Part shown: positions 1 through 9,318 of the stretch, piece by piece
Layout of the letters: every line of letters begins with the position of its first letter
How positions within the stretch are numbered: the first letter of the stretch is position 1
Source: Ferroglobus placidus DSM 10642
GTDB taxonomy: Archaea > Halobacteriota > Archaeoglobi > Archaeoglobales > Archaeoglobaceae
Assembly (NCBI RefSeq): GCF_000025505.1
Contig: NC_013849.1
Span: 1,350,001-1,382,000, forward strand
Length of the DNA stretch: 32,000 bases
Reading direction: 5' to 3'
Notes under the pieces: generated by a model
Seen by the model: the letters and a program-made list of their open reading frames with translations, nothing else
Database searches by the model: none
What the model was told of the DNA's origin: nothing
Translations under genes and position numbers: made by a program

Positions 1-530
1 CTCACGTTCGGATCCTCTGCTGGCTGCTCTTCAAGCAGTTCCGAAAATTTTCCGGAAGTAAAACCATTGAGAGCTTCGGACCTGCTTGTAGATATTATCT
101 CTTCCACTTCCGTGCTTTCTTTAACGTTTTCGACAACACCTCTCATTTCATCGAGAGTTACAACAACCTTTGCTTTAGAGTCGGAAAGAATGTATTCTAC
201 CTCTTTTTCCTTGTACAAAGCGTTACAAGCCACAACAACTCCTCCAGCTGCGAGAGCTCCGTAGTAAGCTATGACGAATTGTGGAAGGTTTGGGAGGTAT
301 AAAGCCACTCTATCTCCCTTTTTAATTCCGAGGGAAAGCAGAAAATTTGCGAATTTGCTCGAAAGCTCAAGGAGCTTTTCGTAGGTGTAAGGATAATCCT
401 TGTACACGACGGCGCAATTTCCTGGGAACTTTTTAGCTGAAATCTTTAAGTTCTCGAAAAGGCTTCTCTCCGGATACTCAAGGCTTTTCGGAACATGCTT
501 CGGATAATGTTTGTACCAAGGAAACTCCAT
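1..530 (-). CDS. AMP-dependent acyl-CoA synthetase / long-chain fatty-acid-CoA ligase, N-terminal part (runs off the left edge)
   Basis: Minus-strand reading from ATG at 528-530: MEFPWYKHYPKHVPKSLEYPERSLFENL...YTYEKLLELSSKFANFLLSLGIKKGDRVALYLPNLPQFVIAYYGALAAG, typical N-terminal region of adenylate-forming enzymes. Not listed as an ORF in the track because it is partial. Confidence 0.88.
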   Translation of the reverse strand, partial: MEFPWYKHYPKHVPKSLEYPERSLFENLKISAKKFPGNCAVVYKDYPYTYEKLLELSSKFANFLLSLGIKKGDRVALYLPNLPQFVIAYYGALAAGGVVVACNALYKEKEVEYILSDSKAKVVVTLDEMRGVVENVKESTEVEEIISTSRSEALNGFTSGKFSELLEEQPAEDPNV

Positions 531-595
531 GGGAATCACCGCTCTTATCTATAATTTTTAATGATTTAAGATTTGCGAAGGCAAAGTTTTATGAA

Positions 596-1690
596 ATGCC
601 AACCAACCATCGGAAAATGAAAATCGTTCGTGGAATTTCAGAGCACGGCAAGAACGTTTCGAAAGCTGTAGATGAGATTTTAAAGAGCTTTCCGTTCGTA
701 AAGAAATTCGCCGAAGAAGTTAGGGAAGAGAAGAGGAAAGTTTTGAACGATTTAGATTACTGGATCGATAAAGCTATGAAGAATCTTGAGGAGAAGAACG
801 CTTACGTTTATCTTGCGAAAAAAGGTGAGGAGGCTAACAAAGTAGTGGGGGAAATCGTAGGCACGAACAAGCTCGTTGTAAAAGCTAAGTCGTCGGTGAG
901 CGATGAGCTATCTTTGAGGGATTTTTTAGAGAAGAACGGAAATGAGGTGTGGGAGACCGATTTAGGAGAGTTGATAGTTCAACTCGCAGAAGAAAAGCCG
1001 ATGCACATCGTAGCTCCGGCTATTCACTTCTCCGAAGAAGAAGCTAAGAGAATTCTCGGAAAAATCGGGATTAGAGGAAACTCTCCGGAGGAGTTAACTT
1101 ACGCTGTCAGATCCTTTATGAGGAACAAATTTTTGGAGGCTGACATCGGAATTTCCGGCTGTAACGCTTTCTCGGTCGAAAGCTCAAGTATTTTTTTAGT
1201 GGAAAACGAGGGCAACATAAGGCTCGTCTCTTCTCTGCCTAAGAAATACATCGCTATAGTTAGCTTGGAAAAAATCTTGCCGAAAGACGAGCTCTGTCTG
1301 AAATCTATCCTCGTTCAGTCGGCTTTCGCCGGAGTTTTTCCTCCAGCTTACATAAACATCAACAAGCCCAACAAGTATCAGGAGTTCCACGTAATATTCC
1401 TCGACAACGGAAGGACGTCTGATGAGAGGTTTAGAGAAGTTCTCCTCTGCGTAAAATGCGGGAGATGCCAGCTCGAATGTCCGATCTTTCAGCTTTTTGG
1501 CGTGAACTGGGGAGGAGTTTACGGAGGACCTATGGGAAGAATTTTAAGCTACCTGATAACCAGAAGAGCTGAGAGTGACATTTTTCTCTGCACGTCATGC
1601 AAAAAATGCGATTACGTTTGTCCCATGGGTATAGAGCTTTCGAAAATGGTTAGAAGAATAAAAATGGACGTTAAGAGAAGTTGGAGCTAA
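596..1690 (+). CDS. LUD-domain protein with C-terminal ferredoxin-like 4Fe-4S region (LutB-like)
   Basis: 364 aa ORF; [12 protein letters not shown] and [12 protein letters not shown] cysteine motifs at the C-terminus; N-terminal LutB-like segment ([25 protein letters not shown]). The start could be a slightly downstream ATG. Confidence 0.82.
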   Translation: MPTNHRKMKIVRGISEHGKNVSKAVDEILKSFPFVKKFAEEVREEKRKVLNDLDYWIDKAMKNLEEKNAYVYLAKKGEEANKVVGEIVGTNKLVVKAKSSVSDELSLRDFLEKNGNEVWETDLGELIVQLAEEKPMHIVAPAIHFSEEEAKRILGKIGIRGNSPEELTYAVRSFMRNKFLEADIGISGCNAFSVESSSIFLVENEGNIRLVSSLPKKYIAIVSLEKILPKDELCLKSILVQSAFAGVFPPAYININKPNKYQEFHVIFLDNGRTSDERFREVLLCVKCGRCQLECPIFQLFGVNWGGVYGGPMGRILSYLITRRAESDIFLCTSCKKCDYVCPMGIELSKMVRRIKMDVKRSWS

Positions 1691-3336
1691 TTTAAAGAGG
1701 TTGTGGCTCCTTCTTCGGCGGAAGTTACGAGCTTGGAGTACTTAGCTAATAAACCTCTGTGCCTGATCTCCTTCGGCTTCCACTTCTCTCTCCTCTCTCT
1801 TAACTCCTCTTCGCTTATTTTTACGTTGAGCTTTCTGTTTGGAATGTCTATCTCTATGGCGTCTCCATCTTCTACTAATGCAATCGTCCCTCCAGCTAAA
1901 GCTTCCGGAGTTACGTGTCCAACAGCCGGACCTCTCGTCGCTCCGCTGAACCTTCCGTCGGTTATTAAAGCAACTCTCTCCAATCCCATTCCACTAATTG
2001 CTGCTGTTGGCAAAAGCATCTCCGGCATTCCCGCAGCTTTCGGACCCATGTACCTTATCACCACTACGTCTCCTTCCTCAATTTTCCCTCCGAGTATTGC
2101 ATCTAGAGCGTCCTTCTCAGAGTCGAAAACCTTCGCTTCTCCTTCAAATTTTCTCATCTCTTCATCAACAGCCGCAGCTTTTATCACCGCCTTTCCTAAA
2201 TTACCCTTCAGAATTGCTATTCCTCCTTCTTTGCTCAGCGGTTTTTCTGGAGAAGCGATTATGTCCCTTCCCCTCGCGAAAGCTTCTTCGGCAATTTCGT
2301 AGAGTCTCTTTCCGCTTACCGTCATCTCGTTGTGGAAGTACTCTTTCGCCTTTTTTATTATCATCGGCACTCCTCCGCTCTCGTCCAGATCTACAACCAT
2401 TTCATCGCTTGCCGGATCTAAGGCAACTAAGTGAGGAGTCTTTCTGCTTATCTCATCGAATTTATCGAGCTCGATTTTTATTCCAGCCTCTCTCGCTATC
2501 GCCGGAAGATGGAGAACAGTGTTAGTTGAGCCGCCGATCATCATGTCCATCGTTATAGCGTTCTCGAAACTGTTCTCGTTGACGATGTCCAGGGGTTTCA
2601 AATCTTGCTTGACCAATTCAACAACCCTCTTTCCAGCCTCTTTGGCAATTCTCAGTTTTCTCGACGAACTGCAGGGAGATGTGGAAGTGTAAGGTAGGCT
2701 TAAGCCGAGAGTTTCCGTGAGGATTTGCATCGTGTTCGCTGTATAAAGTCCCTGGCAGCTTCCGCAGTAAGCGGCACAATAGTTTTCGTAGAGCTTCAGC
2801 TCTTCCTCACTCAGCTCTCCGGCTTTGTACATTCCAGCTGCTTCGAAGGCGTGCTTTATCGACAGCTTTTTTCCGTTAAGCTTTTCCGGAATCATGGGTC
2901 CGGAAGTTACCACTATGGAGGGAATGTTCAGCCTCATCACAGCCATCAGCATTCCCGGAACGATCTTATCGCAGCTTCCAACAACCACAAGCCCGTCGAA
3001 CTGATGAGCTTCGACCATAGCCTCTATGGAGTCGGCAATAATCTCTCTCGATGGTAGGGAGTAGCTCATCCCCTTATGCCCCATCGCAATTCCGTCGCAT
3101 ATTCCTATTACTCCGAACTCAAAAGGAACTCCTCCTGCTGAAGCGATCCCAAGCTTTACGAACTGCGTTATCCTATCCAAACTCATGTGTCCGGGAACGA
3201 TTGTGTTGTAGGCGTTGGCTATTCCGATGAACGGCTTCTCAAAGTCGTCGTCGGTCAAACCTAAAGCTCTTAGAAGAGCTCTGTGGGCAACTCTGTCAAT
3301 TCCTTTTTTAACGATGTCACTCCTCATGTCTTTCAA
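1687..3336 (-). CDS. ilvD: Dihydroxy-acid dehydratase
   Basis: 549 aa; [68 protein letters not shown] motifs. Confidence 0.97.
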   Translation of the reverse strand: MKDMRSDIVKKGIDRVAHRALLRALGLTDDDFEKPFIGIANAYNTIVPGHMSLDRITQFVKLGIASAGGVPFEFGVIGICDGIAMGHKGMSYSLPSREIIADSIEAMVEAHQFDGLVVVGSCDKIVPGMLMAVMRLNIPSIVVTSGPMIPEKLNGKKLSIKHAFEAAGMYKAGELSEEELKLYENYCAAYCGSCQGLYTANTMQILTETLGLSLPYTSTSPCSSSRKLRIAKEAGKRVVELVKQDLKPLDIVNENSFENAITMDMMIGGSTNTVLHLPAIAREAGIKIELDKFDEISRKTPHLVALDPASDEMVVDLDESGGVPMIIKKAKEYFHNEMTVSGKRLYEIAEEAFARGRDIIASPEKPLSKEGGIAILKGNLGKAVIKAAAVDEEMRKFEGEAKVFDSEKDALDAILGGKIEEGDVVVIRYMGPKAAGMPEMLLPTAAISGMGLERVALITDGRFSGATRGPAVGHVTPEALAGGTIALVEDGDAIEIDIPNRKLNVKISEEELRERREKWKPKEIRHRGLLAKYSKLVTSAEEGATTSLN

Positions 3337-3357
3337 ATTCGCGAGCTCATTTAAAAA

Positions 3358-4011
3358 CTAATCGAACCTCAAACCGAGGGGTTTTAGGTTGTTGATTCTT
3401 GCGAGATTTATCAGCATCGGTGTGAGCCTTTCAACGATTCTCGAATTTTTCAGCTCCCCGAAATCTAAAGCCCGCAAACCCTCTATTTTGTTTACGACGT
3501 CCATAACAACTTTTTTCGCTTTCGCGTCATCCGAACAAACCAAAACGTCCCAGCTAAATTTCTCCTCCAAATTTGCAAATCTCTTAGCCGGAATGTTGTT
3601 GAAAGCTGAAACGACAAAACTTTCAGAGAGAATCGAAGCGAGCTTTTCTGCGGCTGAACTTCCATCAATTTCAACGTAACGAGCGAAACCGTTTTCGAAT
3701 CTCATAGGGACGAGGGGAGAAACGACTATTTTTTCAGATAAAGCATTTTTGAGCTTTCCAGCAGTTTCGAAAGCGTGTTCCCAAGGGATAGTAATTATCG
3801 AAACGTCGGAGATTTTAGCAGCTTTTTCATTTTCGACCCCGATTATTCCTCCGCCCCCGAATTTTTCGGCAACCTCGTTGTATTCTTCGGCGAGCTTTTT
3901 AGCCTTCTCCTCCTTCCTCGACCCAACAAAAACGTCGAAGCCGGCGAGATCGAGCCTTATCGCAAGCCCTTTTCCCAAGTTTCCAGTGCCACCAAGTATC
4001 GAAATTTTCAT
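3358..4011 (-). CDS. npdG: F420-dependent NADP oxidoreductase-like protein (F420H2:NADP reductase family)
   Basis: 217 aa; N-terminal Rossmann MKISILGGTGNLGKGLAIRLDLAGFDVFVGSRKEEKA plus VVSAFNNIPAKRFANLE. Confidence 0.85.
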   Translation of the reverse strand: MKISILGGTGNLGKGLAIRLDLAGFDVFVGSRKEEKAKKLAEEYNEVAEKFGGGGIIGVENEKAAKISDVSIITIPWEHAFETAGKLKNALSEKIVVSPLVPMRFENGFARYVEIDGSSAAEKLASILSESFVVSAFNNIPAKRFANLEEKFSWDVLVCSDDAKAKKVVMDVVNKIEGLRALDFGELKNSRIVERLTPMLINLARINNLKPLGLRFD

Positions 4012-4082
4012 GGAGGCAGAAAAGCTTGAAGAATTAAAACGTTAACGGAATATTTTTATCTCCTCTCAAAGTCTCCAAGCTG

Positions 4083-4880
4083 ATGATCGTGGATTTCCAC
4101 GTTCACGTTTACGAAAAGCCTTGGCACCCTTGGGTTATGGAATATCTTAAGAGAATGAACCCCGGTTTTGATTTCGAGATGAGCAAAGAAAATCTGCTTA
4201 AAATCTTAGATGATGCTGAAGTTGATTACGCTGTTATTCTTGCCGAAGACGCTCCGGCAGTTACTGGAGTCGTGACGAACGAATTTGTGGCTAAATTTTG
4301 CGAAGGTGAAGAGAAGTTGATTCCTTTCGCTTCCCTCAATCCAAAAACTTCTACCGTCGAAGACTTGGAAAGGGCTTACGAGCTTGGGTGCAGGGGTTTA
4401 AAGCTTTTGCCTTCCTACATGTTCTTCTACCCTAACGACAGAGAAGTCTACAAATTCTACGAAAAAGCAGCGGAATTGAAAATGCCGGTGATGTTTCACA
4501 CGGGCACCTCTGTTTTTAAAAACGTGAGGCAGAAGTATGCGGATCCGATTTACTTGGACGACGTAGCCACGGACTTCCCGGATTTAAAAATAATTTTAGC
4601 TCATTCTGGAAGAGGAATGTGGTATGAAAAGGCTTTCATGCTCGCAAGAATTCACGAAAACGTCTACCTCGAAATTTCCGGCTTGCCTCCTAAGAGGTTG
4701 CTCTATTACTTTCCGAGGATAGAGGAAGTTGAGGACAAGGTAATTTTCGGCAGCGACTTCCCCGGAGCGAACATAAAAGAGAACATAAGGATAATAAAGT
4801 CCCTTCCGATAAGCAAAAGAGCTAAGGAGAAGATTTTGGGAATTAACGCAGCCAAAATTCTCGGATTGAAAAGTAAGTAA
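4083..4880 (+). CDS. TIM-barrel metal-dependent hydrolase (amidohydrolase 2-like)
   Basis: 265 aa; MIVDFHVHVYEKPW, GCRGLKLLPSYMFFYPND, HTGTSVF, ILAHSGRG, VIFGSDFPG. Confidence 0.88.
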   Translation: MIVDFHVHVYEKPWHPWVMEYLKRMNPGFDFEMSKENLLKILDDAEVDYAVILAEDAPAVTGVVTNEFVAKFCEGEEKLIPFASLNPKTSTVEDLERAYELGCRGLKLLPSYMFFYPNDREVYKFYEKAAELKMPVMFHTGTSVFKNVRQKYADPIYLDDVATDFPDLKIILAHSGRGMWYEKAFMLARIHENVYLEISGLPPKRLLYYFPRIEEVEDKVIFGSDFPGANIKENIRIIKSLPISKRAKEKILGINAAKILGLKSK

Positions 4881-4972
4881 GTCTTTTACCAGTTTTCGGA
4901 AAAACCGTAAATCGCCCAGTTGAAAATTTTGAGTATCTGTAGTGGTGTATTGTATCCAATGCGTGGCGAAAC

Positions 4973-5404
4973 GTGAAGCCAATCTTTTTATGTTTTTTTG
5001 CAAAAATAACCTTCATGGAGGAAATTCAAGCTTTAATCTTAGCCACGATTTTCGGAGGAATTGTCGGCTACGAGAGGATGAAAGTTCACAAGCCGGCAGG
5101 ACTGAGAACGCACATGCTCGTAGCCCTCGGCTCTTGCTTATTCATGATCATCTCGACGAAATTCTTTGGAGATCCGGCAAGAATAGCAAGCGGAGTTGTT
5201 TCCGGGATAGGATTCATTGGAGCCGGTACGATAATTGCTGAGAGGAGAGAAACAACTAAAATCGTTGGAATAACCACCGCTGCGAGTTTGTGGGTTACCG
5301 CAGCGATAGGCATGAGTGTGGGGATGGGAGAATATGGGATTGCTGCGATAACGACGCTGCTAACCTTCCTGATTCTTCAGCTTAAGAGAGTTGAAAAGGA
5401 CTAA
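4973..5404 (+). CDS. MgtC/SapB-family membrane protein
   Basis: 143 aa; GGIVGYERMKVHKPAGLRTHMLVALGSCLFMIIS...GIGFIGAGTIIAERRETTKIVGITTAASLWVTAAIGMSVGMGEY. Confidence 0.9.
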   Translation: MKPIFLCFFAKITFMEEIQALILATIFGGIVGYERMKVHKPAGLRTHMLVALGSCLFMIISTKFFGDPARIASGVVSGIGFIGAGTIIAERRETTKIVGITTAASLWVTAAIGMSVGMGEYGIAAITTLLTFLILQLKRVEKD

Positions 5405-6162
5405 ATTAGAGTCTTTACTCTCTTTACGATTTCTGGCATTACTTCTCCGGCTTTTCCCCTTATGACCACGTCAAAGATGTGGTCTTTCATCGTAGGCTCC
5501 AGATTTACTATTATCAGCTTAGCTCCGTGCTCCTTGGCTATTACTGGCAGATACGCGGCAGGATATACTACAAGCGAAGATCCGACGACTATGAACACGT
5601 CAGCCCTTCTGCTTTCCTCCATTGCCTCGCTTAAAACGTTCGAGGGAAGAGGTTCTCCGAAAAATACGACCCTCGGTTTTAAGTAGATAGAGCCGCACTC
5701 GCATCTGATTTTGTCGATCTCCCCTTTTTCGAGAAATCTCTCTATCTCTTCCCACTTGTAGGTTTTTCCGCAGTCCAAACAGTCCACGTACTGCATTGAG
5801 CCGTGCAACTCGAGAACTCTTTTGCTTCCCGCTCTTTGATGAAGCATGTCGATGTTCTGAGTTATGACAGCCTTAACGAGCCCCATCTTTTCGAGCTCGG
5901 CTATCGCATAATGAGCGGGATTGGGCTGAGCTTTAACCTTGACTATCAGCTCTCTCGAAAATTCCCAGAACTTCCTCGGATTTCTCCTGAATCCGTAAAT
6001 TGAAGCAACCTCGTCTGGATCCCATCTCCTCCACAATCCGTCATTTCCTCTGAAAGTCGGTATACCGCTTTCAGCTGAAACTCCGGCTCCGGTAAAAACA
6101 ACGCCATGTTTTGCTTTTGCGATTATCTTTGCAGCCTTTTCGATTTCGTCGAAGCTCTCCAT
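5401..6162 (-). CDS. Sir2-type NAD-dependent protein deacylase
   Basis: 253 aa; GVVFTGAGVSAESGIPTFRG, VITQNIDMLHQRAGSKRVLELHGS, zinc cysteines CLDCGKTY...CECGS, VVGSSLVVYPAAYLP. Confidence 0.95.
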   Translation of the reverse strand: MESFDEIEKAAKIIAKAKHGVVFTGAGVSAESGIPTFRGNDGLWRRWDPDEVASIYGFRRNPRKFWEFSRELIVKVKAQPNPAHYAIAELEKMGLVKAVITQNIDMLHQRAGSKRVLELHGSMQYVDCLDCGKTYKWEEIERFLEKGEIDKIRCECGSIYLKPRVVFFGEPLPSNVLSEAMEESRRADVFIVVGSSLVVYPAAYLPVIAKEHGAKLIIVNLEPTMKDHIFDVVIRGKAGEVMPEIVKRVKTLI

Positions 6163-6309
6163 GTGCTAACTTTCGAAGAAACTCTATTTATAATTTCATT
6201 TATTGCGGTTTTGTGATGTCGCGTTACTAAGGATTAAAATCTCAACGAGCTTGCTGCGAGGTTCAATATAAGGAAAAAAATTTTAAGAAATAAAAATTTG
6301 CAAAGGTAT

Positions 6310-7071
6310 ATGGAAAAGGGAATGGATATTCTTAAAACTCTGACGTCCACACCTTCAAAGCTCAGGATACTTGAATTGCTGAAATCTGAGAAAGATTTGG
6401 CTGAAATTTCCGAAAGTATCGGAAAGGCAAAGCAAACTGTTGTGTCGCATTTAAAAGCTCTGATCGAGTTGGGACTTGTAGAAAGAGACGGAGAGATCTA
6501 CAAGCTATCAAAGATAGGAGAACTCGTTTACAAAAAGCTCTTGGACGATGTTAGGTTCTTCGAAGTCATCGCCAACCTGAGGGACTTCTTGAAAGAACAC
6601 GATGTCTCTCCAGTCCCCGATGGTCTGCTGAGCAGAATTCACATGCTTCACTCTGGAGAGGTTTTCGTTAAAGACAACCCCTACGAGTTTCACCGGGAAT
6701 GGCTGAACATCTTGCTGAAATCAAGCTGGATTTACGGTTTGGCATCTGTGTATCATACAGAGTTTCCAAGGCTGTTTAACGAGCTGTCAGAGAAAAAGGA
6801 GGTTAGGCTGATTGTAACCGAAGACGTATTTGAAAAGGTTAAGGGGTTGAGTGAAAGAGAGTTGAACGAATTTTTAAAGAGGGGAGAGATGTTCGTGTGC
6901 AAAAACGTTAAGTTAACCTTCGTTGTTGCTGAAAAGGGTTTTACGATGAATTTATACCGAGATTCGTACGACGCCTCTCAGATCCTCGTATGCAAGACGA
7001 AAGATGCGGTGAAATGGGGTCTGGAGTTATTCAGGCACTACTTAACTCAATCAAGAAAGGTTGAATTATGA
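6310..7071 (+). CDS. Archaeal winged-HTH transcriptional regulator with a C-terminal effector-like domain (DUF1724-like)
   Basis: ORF track gives 6298 (TTG start); ATG at 6310 gives MEKGMDILKTLTSTPSKLRILELLKSEKDLAEISESIGKAKQTVVSHLKALIELGLVERDG. The C-terminal half resembles archaeal ArsR-like regulators. Confidence 0.8.
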   Translation: MEKGMDILKTLTSTPSKLRILELLKSEKDLAEISESIGKAKQTVVSHLKALIELGLVERDGEIYKLSKIGELVYKKLLDDVRFFEVIANLRDFLKEHDVSPVPDGLLSRIHMLHSGEVFVKDNPYEFHREWLNILLKSSWIYGLASVYHTEFPRLFNELSEKKEVRLIVTEDVFEKVKGLSERELNEFLKRGEMFVCKNVKLTFVVAEKGFTMNLYRDSYDASQILVCKTKDAVKWGLELFRHYLTQSRKVEL

Positions 7072-7705
7072 ATTCTGCCTGAGCGATTTTAGGCTTGATT
7101 TTCCATATGCAAAAGAGTCCAGATGTCAGGCTGAACAGATACGGTGTGAGTGGTAGAAACGAAAAGATCAGCCCATGAAAAGTGAAGTGTACAAACAGCA
7201 GGAAATAAACCGCTCTTTCTCCTAAAATTGCAGGAATTGTTATGATACCATTTTTCAAATCGTCTTCCACGTCCCTGAAATCATTTAAAATCGTTATTAT
7301 GAAGCTCTTAACTGCGAAGAAGGCGATAATAAAGCTTCCAATCTTGGAATAAAATGCTATAACAGTTCCCCACGTTAAGGCAGTGACAATGTTCTTTATA
7401 CCGTATCCTCCTTTCAGTCTGACACCTTTTATGCCCTTTGAGTACATGAAACCGATGAATAAAGCGAGCAAGGGGACGGCTGGATTGTTAGAAAGTGCAA
7501 TCGCTGCCGATACGAAAATTAGGGCTGCAATCAATCCTTGCTTTGAGATGTAATCGAAACTTCTGTCGAGGGTGTAAATTGAAAGTACGACAAGCGAAAA
7601 AGCCAATGACAGCTCCAGATCAAACATGCCAGCTATTTTCTGAGCAAACAGAACTCTGAAGAATGCTGAGACTACAACGAACATGGAAGCCTTCACAGCT
7701 TCCAT
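7031..7705 (-). CDS. UbiA-superfamily-like membrane protein
   Basis: Track ORF is 7031..7780 from TTG; internal ATG at 7703-7705 gives MEAVKASMFVVVSAFFRVLFAQ. Several hydrophobic segments and the aspartate-rich motif NDFRDVEDDLKNG. The first Asp-rich motif looks degenerate. Confidence 0.65.
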   Translation of the reverse strand: MEAVKASMFVVVSAFFRVLFAQKIAGMFDLELSLAFSLVVLSIYTLDRSFDYISKQGLIAALIFVSAAIALSNNPAVPLLALFIGFMYSKGIKGVRLKGGYGIKNIVTALTWGTVIAFYSKIGSFIIAFFAVKSFIITILNDFRDVEDDLKNGIITIPAILGERAVYFLLFVHFTFHGLIFSFLPLTPYLFSLTSGLFCIWKIKPKIAQAEFIIQPFLIELSSA

Positions 7706-7763
7706 ACCCAATTCTTTGCGAAGCCCTATTTTTCGATAACTCCCCAAATCGTTCGGTCGGCAC

Positions 7764-7825
7764 CGAATATTCGATGTCAATCGAATGATTCGATGTCGAT
7801 TAAAAAAATTCGGAGTATATCGAAT
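7764..7825. promoter_or_regulatory. Cluster of CGAAT/ATTCG half-sites in a divergent intergenic region (candidate operator)
   Basis: Perfect palindrome CGAATATTCG at 7764-7773; direct repeats ATTCGATGTC at 7769-7778 and 7788-7797; further CGAAT at 7782 and 7821 and ATTCG at 7808. Confidence 0.4.
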
Positions 7826-7861
7826 GTTAAAATTTGTTCGGACATTAAAAGATAATGAAAA

Positions 7862-7877
7862 GAAAAATTTAAATAAT
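7862..7877 (+). promoter_or_regulatory. Candidate archaeal BRE/TATA element for the 7909 gene
   Basis: GAAAAATTTAAATAAT about 35-45 nt upstream of the ATG at 7909. Confidence 0.4.
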
Positions 7878-7908
7878 TGAACTGGGTTAGGTGTTTCAGG
7901 TGATTAAA

Positions 7909-8640
7909 ATGTCACAAAAATCTGAGAGACGCAAAATGGAGATGTGGAATACACACGAGTATGAATTCGTGCCTGGCACAATATTGGACAGAAAAACAGG
8001 ACGAAGAATTTTCATTAAAAATATTCTGGCAGTGGGAGCTTTTGCACTTGGAATGAGATTGCCTATAATTGAACGAGTCTCGGGCGCGGTAGCATACTGG
8101 GACACCCCGCCGTACACCTACTACTATTCAGAAAAGAGTTCATCAGGTTGGGCTGGCGCTAACGTTTCGCAGGATCCTGAGACAGGTAAAATCCTAATGG
8201 ATTGTTATGCAAATGCTTGGGGTTCAGCATATGCTATGGCATATTATGACACGAATTATGCATACCCAGCAAATAAAAATGATTACGTTACATTCGCGGG
8301 AGAGTTGAAGCTAGATGGATATCTCACCGCTACCGGGAATGCAGGGTCAACTCTTGAGATATGGGTGATTGGCGCGTCATCGAATCCGGACATCGGAGTG
8401 TTATTCGAAGAAAAAGATAAAAGTTACTCTGGACCGGACACATGGAATAACAGTATTGTAAACGTGTCATACGTATATCAAGTACCTGCAACAGATTATT
8501 ATTGGACGCAGATAAAAGTGGTAACCGATGATTGGGCTTACTACATCCCTAACCAATCCAACTACGCTTCGACGAAGTTCACAGGGAGTAACGCAAATAA
8601 CGAAGGGATATGGGTGAACAAAATTGGAGTCATTGTATAA
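7909..8640 (+). CDS. Uncharacterised probable Tat-exported protein
   Basis: ATG at 7909 is preceded by AGGTGAT, a better start than GTG at 7891. N-terminus MSQKSERRKMEMWNTHEYEFVPGTILDRKTGRRIFIKNILAVGAFALG: GRRIFIK twin-arginine-like motif followed by a hydrophobic stretch; the rest is Tyr/Trp/Asn/Ser-rich, as in secreted beta-rich proteins. Confidence 0.7.
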   Translation: MSQKSERRKMEMWNTHEYEFVPGTILDRKTGRRIFIKNILAVGAFALGMRLPIIERVSGAVAYWDTPPYTYYYSEKSSSGWAGANVSQDPETGKILMDCYANAWGSAYAMAYYDTNYAYPANKNDYVTFAGELKLDGYLTATGNAGSTLEIWVIGASSNPDIGVLFEEKDKSYSGPDTWNNSIVNVSYVYQVPATDYYWTQIKVVTDDWAYYIPNQSNYASTKFTGSNANNEGIWVNKIGVIV

Positions 8641-8653
8641 AGGGTGTGATACT

Positions 8654-9022
8654 ATGATTTCGAGAAAGCCGATAAGAAGGGGGGAACCCAAGTCCGTTAA
8701 TGTAGAAAAAGACGTAGAAATTCCCGTATTTGGCAACGGAGGCGTATTCCCTTACAAAGCTCTAGAAAGGAGATTGCAATTGGTACAATTTCCAATTAGA
8801 AGTGAAAGCGATCTTCTTTATGCAATAGGCGTCATAGAACCCAACTCAAACAAAGGACTGAGAATGATTAAAGCTGCGAAATTCATGAAAAAAATTTCTG
8901 ATAGCATTATAGGTTCGCTAAAAAATGATTTTCCATTTGAAAACGCAGAGACATTAATAAACAAGATACGAGAAAGAGACCCAAAAATAACAGTGCACAT
9001 CAGTGGTAAAGGCAAGGTCTAA
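8654..9022 (+). CDS. Hypothetical protein, no family recognised
   Basis: Track ORF is 8624..9022; ATG at 8654 (MISRKPIRRGEPKSVNVEKDVEIPVFGNGG...) avoids overlap with the upstream gene. Confidence 0.65.
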   Translation: MISRKPIRRGEPKSVNVEKDVEIPVFGNGGVFPYKALERRLQLVQFPIRSESDLLYAIGVIEPNSNKGLRMIKAAKFMKKISDSIIGSLKNDFPFENAETLINKIRERDPKITVHISGKGKV

Positions 9023-9039
9023 AGGTTTGGTGGGGAAAA

Positions 9040-9318
9040 ATGAATTTAGTCCTTTTTTCTTTGCTCAATTTCCTCATCTGGCTCGTAATTCCAGCATACT
9101 GCATTTATCTGTACCTCACAAGGCGATTAAAAGGTGCATTGGTAATCGCCGCCGGATTTGCTACGCAAATGGCTGTAAGTTTGCTGCTTCCGGTTTTTAC
9201 TGGTGGTACAATTCAGAATGCTCAGATCTTCATGTTTGCAATTCTGCTCTTTAGTAACGTCATTCTGGCTGTGCTTTTCATCTACGGGTTGCATCTGCTC
9301 GTAAAAGATGGAGTGTAG
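9040..9318 (+). CDS. Small multi-transmembrane hypothetical protein
   Basis: 92 aa, about three hydrophobic segments (LLNFLIWLVIPAYCIYLYL; GALVIAAGFATQMAVSLLLPVF; IFMFAILLFSNVILAVLFIYGLHLL); GGTGGGG upstream could serve as an RBS. Confidence 0.68.
   Translation: MNLVLFSLLNFLIWLVIPAYCIYLYLTRRLKGALVIAAGFATQMAVSLLLPVFTGGTIQNAQIFMFAILLFSNVILAVLFIYGLHLLVKDGV

Noticed and set aside
1703-3057. Plus-strand ORFs of 199, 175 and 110 aa opposite ilvD
   Set aside because: Antisense to a full-length, motif-rich IlvD; low-complexity Ser/Pro/Leu-rich translations typical of shadow ORFs.
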